A DNA stretch of 64,000 nucleotides from a candidate division WWE3 bacterium (GCA_052035175.1 JBPOHV010000001.1:459338-523337); one strand, 5' to 3'; counted from the stretch's first letter, positions 1 through 10,158 are shown. The notes: a model not told the origin generated them from the letters alone. Made by a program: numbers and translations.

Positions 1-1
1 C

Positions 2-298
2 TATAGAAAAAAGATGTCTTCGATTGCACGAGAAGCCAAAAACCATCCAATTCAAGGCACAAATGCTGATGCGATAAAATTTGCTTTGGTATTTTTGCAA
101 GAGCGTTTGACCAAAGATAACGTCGATGGTTTTGTAGTTTCTACGGTGCACGACGAAATTGTTTGTGAAGTTCGAGAAGATCAAGCTCAAGACTTTTCAA
201 AAGTGTTATCAGACGAGATGGTAAGGGCAGCGAATTTATTTTTGAAAAAAGTTAAAATAGTTTCAGAGCCTTTTGTCGGCGATGTTTGGGAACACTAA
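2..298 (+). CDS. polA: DNA polymerase I (family A), C-terminal fragment; gene starts before the window
   Basis: Motifs AKNHPIQGTNAD and VHDEI (PolA motif C); the frame is open from position 2. Confidence 0.9.
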   Translation, partial: YRKKMSSIAREAKNHPIQGTNADAIKFALVFLQERLTKDNVDGFVVSTVHDEIVCEVREDQAQDFSKVLSDEMVRAANLFLKKVKIVSEPFVGDVWEH

Positions 299-301
299 AG
301 A

Positions 302-342
302 CTAGCACTCGTATTGACTAGTTGCTAGAAGGATTGTAAACT
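302..342 (+). promoter_or_regulatory. Sigma70-type promoter with an overlapping degenerate CIRCE-like operator
   Basis: TTGACT (314-319), 17-bp spacer, TAAACT (337-342), ATG 6 nt later. CTAGCACTC-N9-AGTTGCTAG at 302-328 versus CIRCE TTAGCACTC-N9-GAGTGCTAA. Confidence 0.6.
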
Positions 343-348
343 AAATTT

Positions 349-2436
349 ATGGTTTTATGTCACAGATGCGGGCAACGCCCAGCACAATATCCAGTCAATC
401 AAATAATAGACGGTAAGCAAGTGTATATGGCTTTTTGTGAAGAGTGTTACAACGAATACATGCAAAAAGCTAATAATGTTTCTTCGAAAGTAGAAAAGTT
501 TGGTCGCGATCTTACAAAGCTTGCAGAAGAAGGTAAGCTCGACCCTGTAGTTGGCCGCAAAGACGAAATTCAAAGAGTAATCCACATTTTATCTAGGCGC
601 ACAAAAAATAACCCTGTTTTAATAGGAGATCCAGGTGTAGGTAAAACTGCAATTGTTGAAGGGCTTGCTCAAAAAATTATAGACGGAGCTGTTCCTGAGC
701 CTTTGCGAGGTAAAAGAGTTTTCATGTTAGATTTAGCTTCGGTTGTAGCAGGCACTCATCACAGAGGTATGTTTGAGCAAAGGCTCAAAGATATTATAGA
801 CGAAGTCATCAAATCTCAAGGACAAATTATTTTATTTATAGACGAATTGCATACAGTTGTAGGTATGGGTGGTGCAGAAGGTGCTATGGATGCAGCAAAT
901 ATTTTAAAGCCGGCATTGTCTCGTGGTCAATTGCAAATGGTAGGTGCTACAACAATAGACGAGTATCGTAGGTATGTAGAAAAAGATGCAGCTTTGGAAA
1001 GAAGATTTCAACCAATAGTTGTAGAGGAGCCTAGCTTAGAAGAAACAATCGAAATATTGAGAGGTTTGCGTGAAAGATACGAAGAATATCACCACGTAAC
1101 GATAAAAGACGAAGCTTTGATTTCTGCAGCTAAGATGAGTGATAGATATATTAGTGATAGATTTTTGCCAGACAAAGCTTTGGATATGATAGATGAAGCT
1201 TGTGCCTTGGTTAGATTATCTTTAGTTCAAGAACCAGAAAATTTAAAAGGCGTGATACAAGAATTAACAACACTCAAGTCAAAGTCCCGAGATGATTTAC
1301 CAGAAGTAGAACTTAAAAAGCTAAAAGCTCAGATAGCAGATTTAGAAAAGATAAAAAAAGAATTGGTTGAAATTTGGACAAAAACCAAATTGGAAGAAAC
1401 AGCTTATGTCACAGAACACGATGTTCTCAAAGTAATCTCTCGTGCTACAAGTATACCGCTAGAAAGACTTAGTGAAGCAGAGAAAGAAAAGCTTTTGCAT
1501 ATGGAAGATAGGTTGAAAGATCGAATAGTAGGTCAAGAAGAAGCAATTCATTTGTTGGCAGAAGCTATTCGTCGCGCGCGCTCTGGTTTGAAAGATCCAA
1601 AGAGACCTATTGGTTCTTTCTTATTCTTAGGTCCAACAGGTGTAGGTAAAACTGAACTTGCAAAGACTTTGGCTGAGGTTTTGTACGGCGATGAAGATAT
1701 GCTTGTACGCCTGGATATGAGTGAATATATGGAAAAGCATGCAGTTAGTAAAATGATAGGTGCACCACCGGGATACGTTGGTTACGATAAAGGTGGTCAG
1801 CTGACTGAAATAGTTAGAAGAAAACCGTTTTCAGTTATCCTTTTTGACGAAATAGAAAAAGCACATCCAGATACATTTAATGCACTATTGCAGATAATGG
1901 AAGATGGGCGATTAACAGATGGGCAGGGGAGAACGGTTGATTTCAAGAATACTACTTTAATCATGACTTCAAATGTAGGGTCAGAATATCTTCGTAGGTC
2001 ACAAATAGGCTTTGATGCTGAGGAAAAGACCAAAGAGCATGCCAAGCGTTCATTTGAACAAAAGATTGATGTGGCGCTTAAAGATTCGTTTAAGCCTGAA
2101 TTTTTGAATAGAATAGATGAAATAATCGTCTTTTCTTCATTGACAATAGAAGATATCGAAGAGATTTCAAAGAGAATTGTAAATAAGACTATAAAACTGT
2201 TGTCAGAAAAGGGTATTCAGTTGGAAGTAGATCATAAAGTAATAAAGCATTTAGCCCAGGTCGGTTATAGCGATGAATACGGTGCCAGACCGCTCAGAAG
2301 GCTTATACAGCGCGAACTAGATAATGTTATATCTACTATGATCATCTCAGAAGAAGTTAAAGACGGAGCTCAAATAGAGGCAACTTTGTCAAAAGACGCT
2401 GTCAAACTCAAAGTAAAACAGCCCGTTAACGTATAA
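349..2436 (+). CDS. Class 1 Clp/Hsp100 ATPase (ClpC/ClpE-like) with N-terminal zinc finger
   Basis: Two AAA+ modules ([13 protein letters not shown] and [15 protein letters not shown]), GARPLRR sensor, N-terminal CxxC...CxxC. Confidence 0.92.
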   Translation: MVLCHRCGQRPAQYPVNQIIDGKQVYMAFCEECYNEYMQKANNVSSKVEKFGRDLTKLAEEGKLDPVVGRKDEIQRVIHILSRRTKNNPVLIGDPGVGKTAIVEGLAQKIIDGAVPEPLRGKRVFMLDLASVVAGTHHRGMFEQRLKDIIDEVIKSQGQIILFIDELHTVVGMGGAEGAMDAANILKPALSRGQLQMVGATTIDEYRRYVEKDAALERRFQPIVVEEPSLEETIEILRGLRERYEEYHHVTIKDEALISAAKMSDRYISDRFLPDKALDMIDEACALVRLSLVQEPENLKGVIQELTTLKSKSRDDLPEVELKKLKAQIADLEKIKKELVEIWTKTKLEETAYVTEHDVLKVISRATSIPLERLSEAEKEKLLHMEDRLKDRIVGQEEAIHLLAEAIRRARSGLKDPKRPIGSFLFLGPTGVGKTELAKTLAEVLYGDEDMLVRLDMSEYMEKHAVSKMIGAPPGYVGYDKGGQLTEIVRRKPFSVILFDEIEKAHPDTFNALLQIMEDGRLTDGQGRTVDFKNTTLIMTSNVGSEYLRRSQIGFDAEEKTKEHAKRSFEQKIDVALKDSFKPEFLNRIDEIIVFSSLTIEDIEEISKRIVNKTIKLLSEKGIQLEVDHKVIKHLAQVGYSDEYGARPLRRLIQRELDNVISTMIISEEVKDGAQIEATLSKDAVKLKVKQPVNV

Positions 2437-2481
2437 CTTGTTGATATTTTAAGGTTAATTTGGTATTCTTTCTGGCAGTCT

Positions 2482-2943
2482 ATGGCCGATGAATCAGTAA
2501 AACAAGTCAATAAACAAGCTGCTGTAAAGCCAAACTTTAAGTCTGGGGATACAGTAAATGTCTACTATAAGATTATAGAAGGCGAAAAGACTAGAATACA
2601 GCCTTATCAAGGTATTGTTATTTCTAGAAAAGGCCACGATATGTCCAAAAGCTTTACAGTCAGACGCCTTGGTGCTGATGGTGTAGGCGTAGAAAGAATA
2701 TTCCAACTGCATTCTCCAAACATAGAAAAGATAGAATTAGTCAAATCTGGCCGTGTTCGTAGAGCAAAACTTTATTATTTAAGAGATAAAAAAGGAAGCG
2801 CCGCTTATAGAATCAAAGAAAGCCCATCCTCTAAAAAACAAGCTATTAAAAATAGCGATGAGATAATAGCCCCAGAACCAGAGGTTATACAAGAATCTGA
2901 GGTTTTAACTCAAACAACTGAAGAGTCTCCAATAACAGAATAA
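2482..2943 (+). CDS. rplS: 50S ribosomal protein L19
   Basis: FKSGDTV..., [24 protein letters not shown] signature; acidic C-terminal extension. Confidence 0.97.
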   Translation: MADESVKQVNKQAAVKPNFKSGDTVNVYYKIIEGEKTRIQPYQGIVISRKGHDMSKSFTVRRLGADGVGVERIFQLHSPNIEKIELVKSGRVRRAKLYYLRDKKGSAAYRIKESPSSKKQAIKNSDEIIAPEPEVIQESEVLTQTTEESPITE

Positions 2944-3032
2944 TTGCAAATTTTAATTGCACAGCATAATATCTATTTACAACTTTGGCAAGATATTTCT
3001 TTTATTTAATAGATAGCGTAGTATCGTCAAAT

Positions 3033-4289
3033 ATGTCACATAAAAGTATTGATTTAGACAACTTAATAGACCAGGGTAATAAAGTTTTCGCAGAATTTTT
3101 GCAATACGATAGACATCGTACCCAGTTAAACTCAATTACCGATTTGTCGAGGGTAGAAGGCTTAATAAATAAATTTGATGAGCTTTATAAAGCAATACCA
3201 GATATCAATATTAGTGATGAAAAAAGCCTGTATGTTAGGGAGCTTAAACGCATGTGTAAATTTCATGTTAGTTTATTAGCCGAAGAGTTTACAAGTGAAA
3301 TTACAACACCAGAAGCAATTATTGAAAGGTACCACGTTAAAGACGAAGATATTACTGCGCTAAAAGACTGGTTGTTGTCAAATAAACAAGAAATATTAGC
3401 AGCTAACAACCGTCAATACGAGTATTATTCTAGTGTAGAGCGCAGCAGCATACGTATGGGGTCATTAGAACTAGTTACTACTGCGGAGAATTTGTTAAGA
3501 GACTATGTAGAAGCTATTAAAACTACCCTCCTTAAGAACGTTTCGCATCTGTCGATTGGTGAAGTTTTAAAAGACTATATAATAACCTTTGATCGTGTCA
3601 ATGGTAGGTCTGCAGCAAACAGGATTGCCAAATACGCTATTTTGGGTATTGATCCATGTGTATACATGAATAAAGGTACAATTTATTTACTCGAAGAAGA
3701 AGTTATTAGTAAGTTTGGACACGAAGTTTTAGGTCACACCGCAAATTTTTATGCTACTGCTGTTTCTGATATGCCTTTATTTATAAAAGAAAATTATTTT
3801 CAGAATTCAACGTCATCAAGAGAATCTGTTACTAATTACTTTGAAAGTAGAATATTTGATTTTCTTACAGGCTTAGATGAATTTAGAAGTAAATCAAACT
3901 TTGAAGGTCTATTAACAGACGTAGTATCTCGTTATCATGATACACGTATTTTAGAAGATTATAATTGGAAGCTTAGGATGGTTGGTTATTGGGTTCTTTG
4001 TAAGACTAAAATGGAGGACTTTGATAAACAAGTGAAAGAGCTTAATATTTATTCTATAGAACCACAGTGGCCACCATATTTTTTGGCTGGTTATAGAAAT
4101 GATTGGAATAAAGCGACTGGTCTAATTATGCCTAGAATTGCGGCCGAGCTCAGATATAGTGTAGATGCAGTAGGTAAGCTACTAGCAGAGAAAAAGCCCA
4201 CAGACCTAGCAAAATTTGAGCAAGCTATCTTGGTTGGCGCGTGGTCACCTCAAGGGTTCGAAGAATGGGTCAAAATGACGGGTTACTGA
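3033..4289 (+). CDS. Hypothetical protein, possible zinc metallopeptidase
   Basis: Long ORF; GHEVLGH (HExxGH) with downstream RESVTNYFE; ATG at 3033 preferred over the upstream TTG. Confidence 0.5.
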   Translation: MSHKSIDLDNLIDQGNKVFAEFLQYDRHRTQLNSITDLSRVEGLINKFDELYKAIPDINISDEKSLYVRELKRMCKFHVSLLAEEFTSEITTPEAIIERYHVKDEDITALKDWLLSNKQEILAANNRQYEYYSSVERSSIRMGSLELVTTAENLLRDYVEAIKTTLLKNVSHLSIGEVLKDYIITFDRVNGRSAANRIAKYAILGIDPCVYMNKGTIYLLEEEVISKFGHEVLGHTANFYATAVSDMPLFIKENYFQNSTSSRESVTNYFESRIFDFLTGLDEFRSKSNFEGLLTDVVSRYHDTRILEDYNWKLRMVGYWVLCKTKMEDFDKQVKELNIYSIEPQWPPYFLAGYRNDWNKATGLIMPRIAAELRYSVDAVGKLLAEKKPTDLAKFEQAILVGAWSPQGFEEWVKMTGY

Positions 4290-4475
4290 TCATAACTCAA
4301 AATACTACAAAATGTGTTATAATGTCTGTGTTTCTAGGATGCAAGAAGATAGAGGCACTTTTGTCCGTCATAGCCTTGGCGTAGCCGGATCACCCTTAAT
4401 GCTTTCCCAAGTTTTAGAATCATCGTAATTGAGATTAAAAAAAAGAAGGCGGTGACGTAATTTTAAAACGCTAAT

Positions 4476-4793
4476 ATGAAAAAACTATACGTAGGTAATT
4501 TACCTTATTCTTATGACGAGAATTCATTAAGAGATCTTTTCGCTGATTATGGTGAAGTTTTCTCAGCAGCAATCATCATGGATAGAGCTACAAACAGAAG
4601 CAAAGGTTTCGGTTTCGTAGAACTTAATGATGCAGAAGCTGATAGAGCTATCGCAGAACTTCATGGAAAAGAACAAGATGGCAGAGCTTTGGTAGTTTCC
4701 GAAGCAAGACCAATGGCAGAAAGACCACAAAGATCTAGCCGAGATTTCGGTAATAGAAATGGTGGTGGACACGACAGAAGAAGTAGATATTAA
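4476..4793 (+). CDS. RRM RNA-binding protein
   Basis: RNP2 LYVGNL, RNP1 KGFGFVEL, Gly/Arg-rich tail. Confidence 0.95.
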   Translation: MKKLYVGNLPYSYDENSLRDLFADYGEVFSAAIIMDRATNRSKGFGFVELNDAEADRAIAELHGKEQDGRALVVSEARPMAERPQRSSRDFGNRNGGGHDRRSRY

Positions 4794-4813
4794 TAACAAC
4801 TTAAATTAGCTAC

Positions 4814-4841
4814 AGCGACCCCCGCCTAGGCGGGGGTCGCT
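4814..4841. terminator. Perfect 28-bp GC-rich palindrome between convergent genes; probable bidirectional terminator or REP-like element
   Basis: AGCGACCCCCGCCT|AGGCGGGGGTCGCT; no clear U-tract on either side. Confidence 0.6.
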
Positions 4842-4868
4842 CTGCTAAGTCAAATTTTCACTATTAAA

Positions 4869-5534
4869 TTACTCTTTAACTTCAATTGAAAGAATTTTTA
4901 CAGGGTTTACAGGTTTTGAATTTTCTCCTGACATTACATTTGCCGTTACGGGTGATGTAGCAATTTTATCGACTACATCAAGGCCTTGTGTAACTTTTCC
5001 AAAGATAACGTAATTTTTTGGCAAATTGTAATCGGCATGCATAATGAAGAATTGACTGCCATTTGTATTTGGTCCTGCATTCGCCATGGCAATGGTACCT
5101 TTTGTGTATTCACCCTCGAATACTTCGTCGTTGAATCTGTATCCTGGTCCACCAGTACCATCACCTTTTGGATCTCCGCCTTGAATCATAAAATCTTTAA
5201 TAGTTCTATGAAAAATTGTGTTGTCGTAAAATCCTTCTTTGGCGAGGTTGACAAAATTACCGACTGTAATAGGTGTCTTTGTTCCTGTCAAAAGTAGTGT
5301 GATATTTCCTTCTGATGTTTTCATTGTTACTGCTACATCTTTATTTAGTGGAGCGGGAGCGTTATTTGTCTCTGGTTGCATAACTTGTTCACTTTCTTGC
5401 TGTGTAGGTATAGTAGTTTCATCAATAATATTTGATTTTTGGGCTGAGTTCTTTTGTGAAAAGACTATTCCTGCAGCTAAAATTAATAATACTAAAGTAG
5501 TTACGAGTATAGTTGGTATATAATCTTTATTCAT
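4869..5534 (-). CDS. Cyclophilin-type peptidyl-prolyl isomerase with N-terminal membrane anchor
   Basis: FHRTIKDFMIQGGDP, AMANAGPNTNGSQFFI; hydrophobic N-terminus from ATG 5534. Confidence 0.95.
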   Translation of the reverse strand: MNKDYIPTILVTTLVLLILAAGIVFSQKNSAQKSNIIDETTIPTQQESEQVMQPETNNAPAPLNKDVAVTMKTSEGNITLLLTGTKTPITVGNFVNLAKEGFYDNTIFHRTIKDFMIQGGDPKGDGTGGPGYRFNDEVFEGEYTKGTIAMANAGPNTNGSQFFIMHADYNLPKNYVIFGKVTQGLDVVDKIATSPVTANVMSGENSKPVNPVKILSIEVKE

Positions 5535-5547
5535 GCCTAAGATAATA

Positions 5548-6267
5548 TCATATCTCTGGGTAACCTTCTCTTGACCAATGCCAAAGCGCTGAATGCATTT
5601 CATGTGGAGGAATGTTTACTTCTTTTAAAATAGGTTTCCAGGCAATTTCAACTTCATTTGGTTTTGCATTCTCATTTACAACTCCTAGCTTAGCAGATGC
5701 GTTTATAATGTGTGTGTCAGGTACTATTGATAAATTGTACATATCTTTAAACTTTATATCTGTGTATGCATTCAAAACCATCATTGTGTAATTTGAAAGT
5801 TTGATTCCACCAAGATATGGAAATATATCTTTTTTTTCTTTTTGTAACATTGGAATAATCTTAGCAATCTCATATGCGCATTCTTCCATAATCTTACGTG
5901 GATCATTTTCATAATATTTATTTAATGTTTCTGATATTTTTATCCAAATTGTTGGATGTTTATTTTTTTGTAATGCTAGTTTATGTTTTGTCATTGCCGC
6001 TTGTATCTCTTCAAAGCTTTTTGTTACTACTTGTTCAGGGAAAAATAAAAAATTAGTTTCACTGTCATGCCATGTAGCATAAGAAGCTTGCCATAAAGCA
6101 GGGGAGCTGCGTTGAAAATTGATAGTGCACGACATAAAAAAATACAAATATCTTTCACGTGAGCCTTTGGGAAGATCGGGATGCACTTCATGGTTTTCTA
6201 GTCGTTTTATTCTTCCGTCTTGAAATGCTTGGTGTATTGCTTTTATCTTACTAATGTAATTATTCAT
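5548..6267 (-). CDS. HhH-GPD superfamily (DNA glycosylase-like) protein
   Basis: HhH-like LGGIKLSNY followed by VPDTHI..AS.KLG and a C-terminal LWHW. Confidence 0.55.
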   Translation of the reverse strand: MNNYISKIKAIHQAFQDGRIKRLENHEVHPDLPKGSRERYLYFFMSCTINFQRSSPALWQASYATWHDSETNFLFFPEQVVTKSFEEIQAAMTKHKLALQKNKHPTIWIKISETLNKYYENDPRKIMEECAYEIAKIIPMLQKEKKDIFPYLGGIKLSNYTMMVLNAYTDIKFKDMYNLSIVPDTHIINASAKLGVVNENAKPNEVEIAWKPILKEVNIPPHEMHSALWHWSREGYPEI

Positions 6268-6647
6268 ATCTTTGCAATCTCTAATTCTTCATTTGTTACG
6301 TATTTACTTGGCAATGTATCTAAATGCATGTTTATAGCTTTCTCAAGCCTATGTACACCATCTAAAGTCACAAGCTTTCCATTATCTTTAATAATAATTA
6401 TTGGTGTATTAACATCACAGTCATTCACACGCTGTGCATGCCAATTTGGTAGGCCATGCTTACAGCTAGTGCACTGCATATTTCCATTGCCGTCAACAGT
6501 TTGTGTATACTTCAGTATCCATTTCAAATCAGATACTTTGACTTGTGTTATTTCTTTATCATGTATAATTTCAAAAATCTTATTTAAGTTGTATTTTTGC
6601 CCATTATGTGTAAAAGTACCTTCACCTGATTCTTGGTATATACTCAT
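6264..6647 (-). CDS. Small ParB/Srx-like domain protein
   Basis: PIIIIKDNGKLVTLDGVHRLEKA matches the ParB-N DGxHR motif; 4-bp overlap with the next gene. Confidence 0.6.
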   Translation of the reverse strand: MSIYQESGEGTFTHNGQKYNLNKIFEIIHDKEITQVKVSDLKWILKYTQTVDGNGNMQCTSCKHGLPNWHAQRVNDCDVNTPIIIIKDNGKLVTLDGVHRLEKAINMHLDTLPSKYVTNEELEIAKI

Positions 6648-6671
6648 GGATATACTATAACAAATAAAAAT

Positions 6672-7424
6672 ATGGAATTTTATAAACTAAAACAAAAACC
6701 GCGAATAGCACTAGAACTACTCAAAAAGTCTCCTGATTTTTTGAAATACTTTTTTGATTACTTTGGTATCTTTCATCAAGATTGGATTTTTCATGTAAAT
6801 AAGTTTCAGTTTTATGTAAGACCAAATAGCGTAGATAAATGGATAGTTACAGAAAACGTTGTGCTAGATTCGTATCATTTAAATGCATTAAAAACCGAAT
6901 CTTTTGATCAGATCATAGATATAGGAGGAAATATTGGGGCATTTACTATACCTCTTTCATACATGTTCCCATCTGCTAAAGTCGTGACGTTTGAACCAAG
7001 CAATGAAAATTATTTGATGCTCAAAAAGAACATAGAGCTAAATAAGTCAACGAATATAACTTTGTATAACAAAGCAGTTACAATGTCGAAAGAGGCGAAA
7101 ATAAAACTTTATTCTGGTGCAGACTTTGGTTCTAATTCGACGACCGAGACTTCTGAAGAGTTTCATGTCGTTGATAATTATTATTTTCGAGATTTATTAC
7201 CTATGATTACGCCAAATACGCTTTTGAAAATAGACATTGAGGGTGGTGAAATAAGTTTGTTTACTCAAGAAAACCTCGACATTCTAAAAGCTGCCAAATT
7301 GATAATTACTGAATATCATTTCTTTTTGGAAACTCACAGTAAACAAGAGTTTGAAGCTTTTTTAAAAAATAACGGGTTTACATTTGTCCAAGATGACTTG
7401 ATATATATAATCCGAAGTCAGTAG
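6672..7424 (+). CDS. FkbM family SAM-dependent methyltransferase
   Basis: IDIGGNIG, FEPS, LKIDIEGGE. Confidence 0.9.
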   Translation: MEFYKLKQKPRIALELLKKSPDFLKYFFDYFGIFHQDWIFHVNKFQFYVRPNSVDKWIVTENVVLDSYHLNALKTESFDQIIDIGGNIGAFTIPLSYMFPSAKVVTFEPSNENYLMLKKNIELNKSTNITLYNKAVTMSKEAKIKLYSGADFGSNSTTETSEEFHVVDNYYFRDLLPMITPNTLLKIDIEGGEISLFTQENLDILKAAKLIITEYHFFLETHSKQEFEAFLKNNGFTFVQDDLIYIIRSQ

Positions 7425-7455
7425 AGTGTTATACTCACTGTGATATCATAATTTT

Positions 7456-7797
7456 ATGAAGATTAATATTCGACTTTTATATCTTTATTTATTTTCTTTT
7501 GTAGGCCTCTTAATAATTGTTTTTGGAAGTGTGAATTTAGTGAATTTGGGTTTAAAGACTTTAGTATTTCCTGATATTGATAGCTATGAAGTTTATCCTG
7601 TAAAAATAACCGAAGTCGAAGGTCAGCCTATAGAGCCAAGTGTAGAAGAGCAGTTAGCTTCGCAAAAAAGAGAAATTTCACGCCAAAGACAACGCCAGCT
7701 AGTAGAAGCAGTTTCGATGATTACAGTAGGGTTACCTTTATATTTGTATCATTGGAAAACTATTCAAAAGGAAAATAAGAATGACACCATTGCGTGA
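7456..7797 (+). CDS. Small two-TM membrane protein (DUF5671-like)
   Basis: LYLYLFSFVGL N-terminal TM and VGLPLYLYHW C-terminal TM. Confidence 0.65.
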   Translation: MKINIRLLYLYLFSFVGLLIIVFGSVNLVNLGLKTLVFPDIDSYEVYPVKITEVEGQPIEPSVEEQLASQKREISRQRQRQLVEAVSMITVGLPLYLYHWKTIQKENKNDTIA

Positions 7798-8683
7798 TAC
7801 TAGTAAATTAGCTGCTTTATTTGAGTCTTCTGGTAATCACGAAACAATAACTGATTCTAACAGACATTTGCGCAAGTCGATTGCAAGATTTGAAAAGTGC
7901 AGTTCTCCAGACACTGTTCTTTCAGTATTAATGTTGAATGCAGTTAAACAAGTGCCTGATATGTTAAAAGAAATTGAAGCACAAATGCTTAATGATGCAC
8001 CTGATCTAGAAGCTATTGAATCGGGAGAAGGTCGTATAAGCCCAGAAGATTTTATGTATAGGCGTATTACAGGCGTTGCTACTGGTATCAACGGCCTAGG
8101 AGTGTTAATGCAAAATGGACCTTATAAACAACATAGGAAACAAATGCCTGGTGTTTTTCGATTTATTCCTCCAGCTGATATGGCACCTGCTCAACAAAGT
8201 TTATATGCAAATGCTCTTGAAATTATGTATAAGCCAGTAGATTTGCAAAGGTTATATCGCCTTGAACCTGATTGGTATGGTTTACCTCTTGACGAGATAG
8301 CTAACCGCTTGCAAAAGCGTGATAATCAAGATAGAGGCCATAAAGGCGCAGACAAGCAATTTGATTCTAATAAACAGGCTTTATCTGAATTAACAACTGT
8401 CGCAGATACATGGGAGAAGTCTTCACCAGCACGCTTGTCTGTCAGATGGGGATACATGGTCGATGATGCATTTATACCTGCAGATACTCAATTGCTTGTA
8501 AATGTGAAATATACACAAAAAAATGGATTTGTTTGTAGGCCAGATCTATATATTCAACCTTATGCTATTGAATCAAAAGAGCCAGTTTTGACAGCAAAAG
8601 GCAAGCCATTTAGTTTTCTAAAACTCAAGAATTCCTCAGATGAAGAACTTAATAACTCGATTACCGATAAGTTTAATATTTAG
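7781..8683 (+). CDS. Hypothetical protein
   Basis: 300-aa ORF overlapping the upstream gene; no motif recognised. Confidence 0.6.
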   Translation: MTPLRDTSKLAALFESSGNHETITDSNRHLRKSIARFEKCSSPDTVLSVLMLNAVKQVPDMLKEIEAQMLNDAPDLEAIESGEGRISPEDFMYRRITGVATGINGLGVLMQNGPYKQHRKQMPGVFRFIPPADMAPAQQSLYANALEIMYKPVDLQRLYRLEPDWYGLPLDEIANRLQKRDNQDRGHKGADKQFDSNKQALSELTTVADTWEKSSPARLSVRWGYMVDDAFIPADTQLLVNVKYTQKNGFVCRPDLYIQPYAIESKEPVLTAKGKPFSFLKLKNSSDEELNNSITDKFNI

Positions 8684-9417
8684 AGATTTGTGTCTAAGGT
8701 TACTAGAGTGCCAATTTTATTTGTATATTTAACTTTTCCATTCTCAAAATAGGCTGGGTCTCCTGGGATGCCGATTGGGCCAGCATCTGTAGCTAATACT
8801 TTGCACGAGGTTTCTGAACAATATATGACTGAAAATGGATCGCTACTTGTTAAATCATAAGGCGCAGCTTCTGGTCCAGCCGTAAATACAATGCCATCAC
8901 GTGTAGGTGACCAACTTAGTTTATCTACATACTCTACAAATAAAATTTTTGAAAATAGTTGCGTAGCTTTTCCAGTAGAAGTATTTATCATATACAGTGC
9001 ATTTTCTGCTGGTGCTCCGCCTGTTTTTATATAATCATCTGAGTAAGTTACGGCAAATATCAGATGGCCGTTTGGTGCAACCGCGTATTTAGTAATATGC
9101 GCCACTACAACACTGCTTTTAAATCGGATTTCTTGTTTATCAAAGCCAAATTTCTCAGGATAGTTGCAGACTTGTATATTGCTATTTACATTTTCAAGTG
9201 GTGCGCAAGGGTATGTAGCTGGTTTAGCAGGTTCTCCCATTTTTGTTATAGGTTCTGTGTCATTTGGTGTTACCTTAATGCTTGTTTTGTTAAGCATTTC
9301 GTTTGCTCTTTGCATTCGTTCATCAGCTAGTTTAAGACCTGAAATAAATGCTTTTCCGACAGTAAAAATGGCTACTACGCCTAATAACCATATTGAGATG
9401 ATTATATATTTTTTCAT
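8680..9417 (-). CDS. Secreted or membrane-anchored protein with TolB-like repeats
   Basis: N-terminal hydrophobic segment; AVAPNG and LSWSPTRDGIVF resemble WD40/TolB blades. Confidence 0.55.
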   Translation of the reverse strand: MKKYIIISIWLLGVVAIFTVGKAFISGLKLADERMQRANEMLNKTSIKVTPNDTEPITKMGEPAKPATYPCAPLENVNSNIQVCNYPEKFGFDKQEIRFKSSVVVAHITKYAVAPNGHLIFAVTYSDDYIKTGGAPAENALYMINTSTGKATQLFSKILFVEYVDKLSWSPTRDGIVFTAGPEAAPYDLTSSDPFSVIYCSETSCKVLATDAGPIGIPGDPAYFENGKVKYTNKIGTLVTLDTNL

Positions 9418-9420
9418 TTA

Positions 9421-10158
9421 TTAAATCGTAACATATTTTAAACGTTCGTAGTTTTTGCCTGGTTCAAGATTTGTTTCTTGCAAAAACTCTTCTTCAATAG
9501 CCTCTGGAGTTAGGGCGCTTTCATGTTTCAAAAGTGCCTTTTTCTTTTTATCCATGTATTTAGTTATTTCAAAATACAAAACATCAGGATATGTATAAGA
9601 ATCTGAGAACATAAGTTCGTGCACTGTATGTGGCGTTAAGTTATTTTCAGTAAATTGCTCTGGGAAAAATCCACGGTCGCGTGAATATGGGTAAGCTGCA
9701 TCTAGTACATTTAGCGCTGTTGCTCTGTGATCTCTATGATTAACCCAACTTGTACCTTCTGAGAAAGAGTTTATTGGATCGAATGGGTTGTGCGTTATTA
9801 TAATATCGGGTTTGAATTGTCTTATATGAAAAACAAGCTTTTTTATGTTTTCCAAACTATTTTCGTTTTCTCCGTCAGGTATACCAAGATTGAAGTTTTC
9901 GGTTTCTGGTATCCCTAGTTCGAGTCCTGCTGCGATTTGCTCTTTAAATCTTATTTCTGCAAATTCTTCTTCTGTTACATCTGTACGATCTTGATAACCT
10001 TTACCACCAGTTGTCATAACTACTAATCTTACTTTTTTACCTTCGTCAATAAGCCTTGCCACAATGCCACCGCAAATGATTTCATTATCGTCAGGATGTG
10101 CTGTGACTACGAGAATATTACTTTTGTCTTTGAATATTTGATCAAATGCGTCTGTCAT
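9421..10158 (-). CDS. PIG-L/LmbE family deacetylase
   Basis: VTAHPDD, FKPDIIITH, HRDH motifs. Confidence 0.92.
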   Translation of the reverse strand: MTDAFDQIFKDKSNILVVTAHPDDNEIICGGIVARLIDEGKKVRLVVMTTGGKGYQDRTDVTEEEFAEIRFKEQIAAGLELGIPETENFNLGIPDGENENSLENIKKLVFHIRQFKPDIIITHNPFDPINSFSEGTSWVNHRDHRATALNVLDAAYPYSRDRGFFPEQFTENNLTPHTVHELMFSDSYTYPDVLYFEITKYMDKKKKALLKHESALTPEAIEEEFLQETNLEPGKNYERLKYVTI

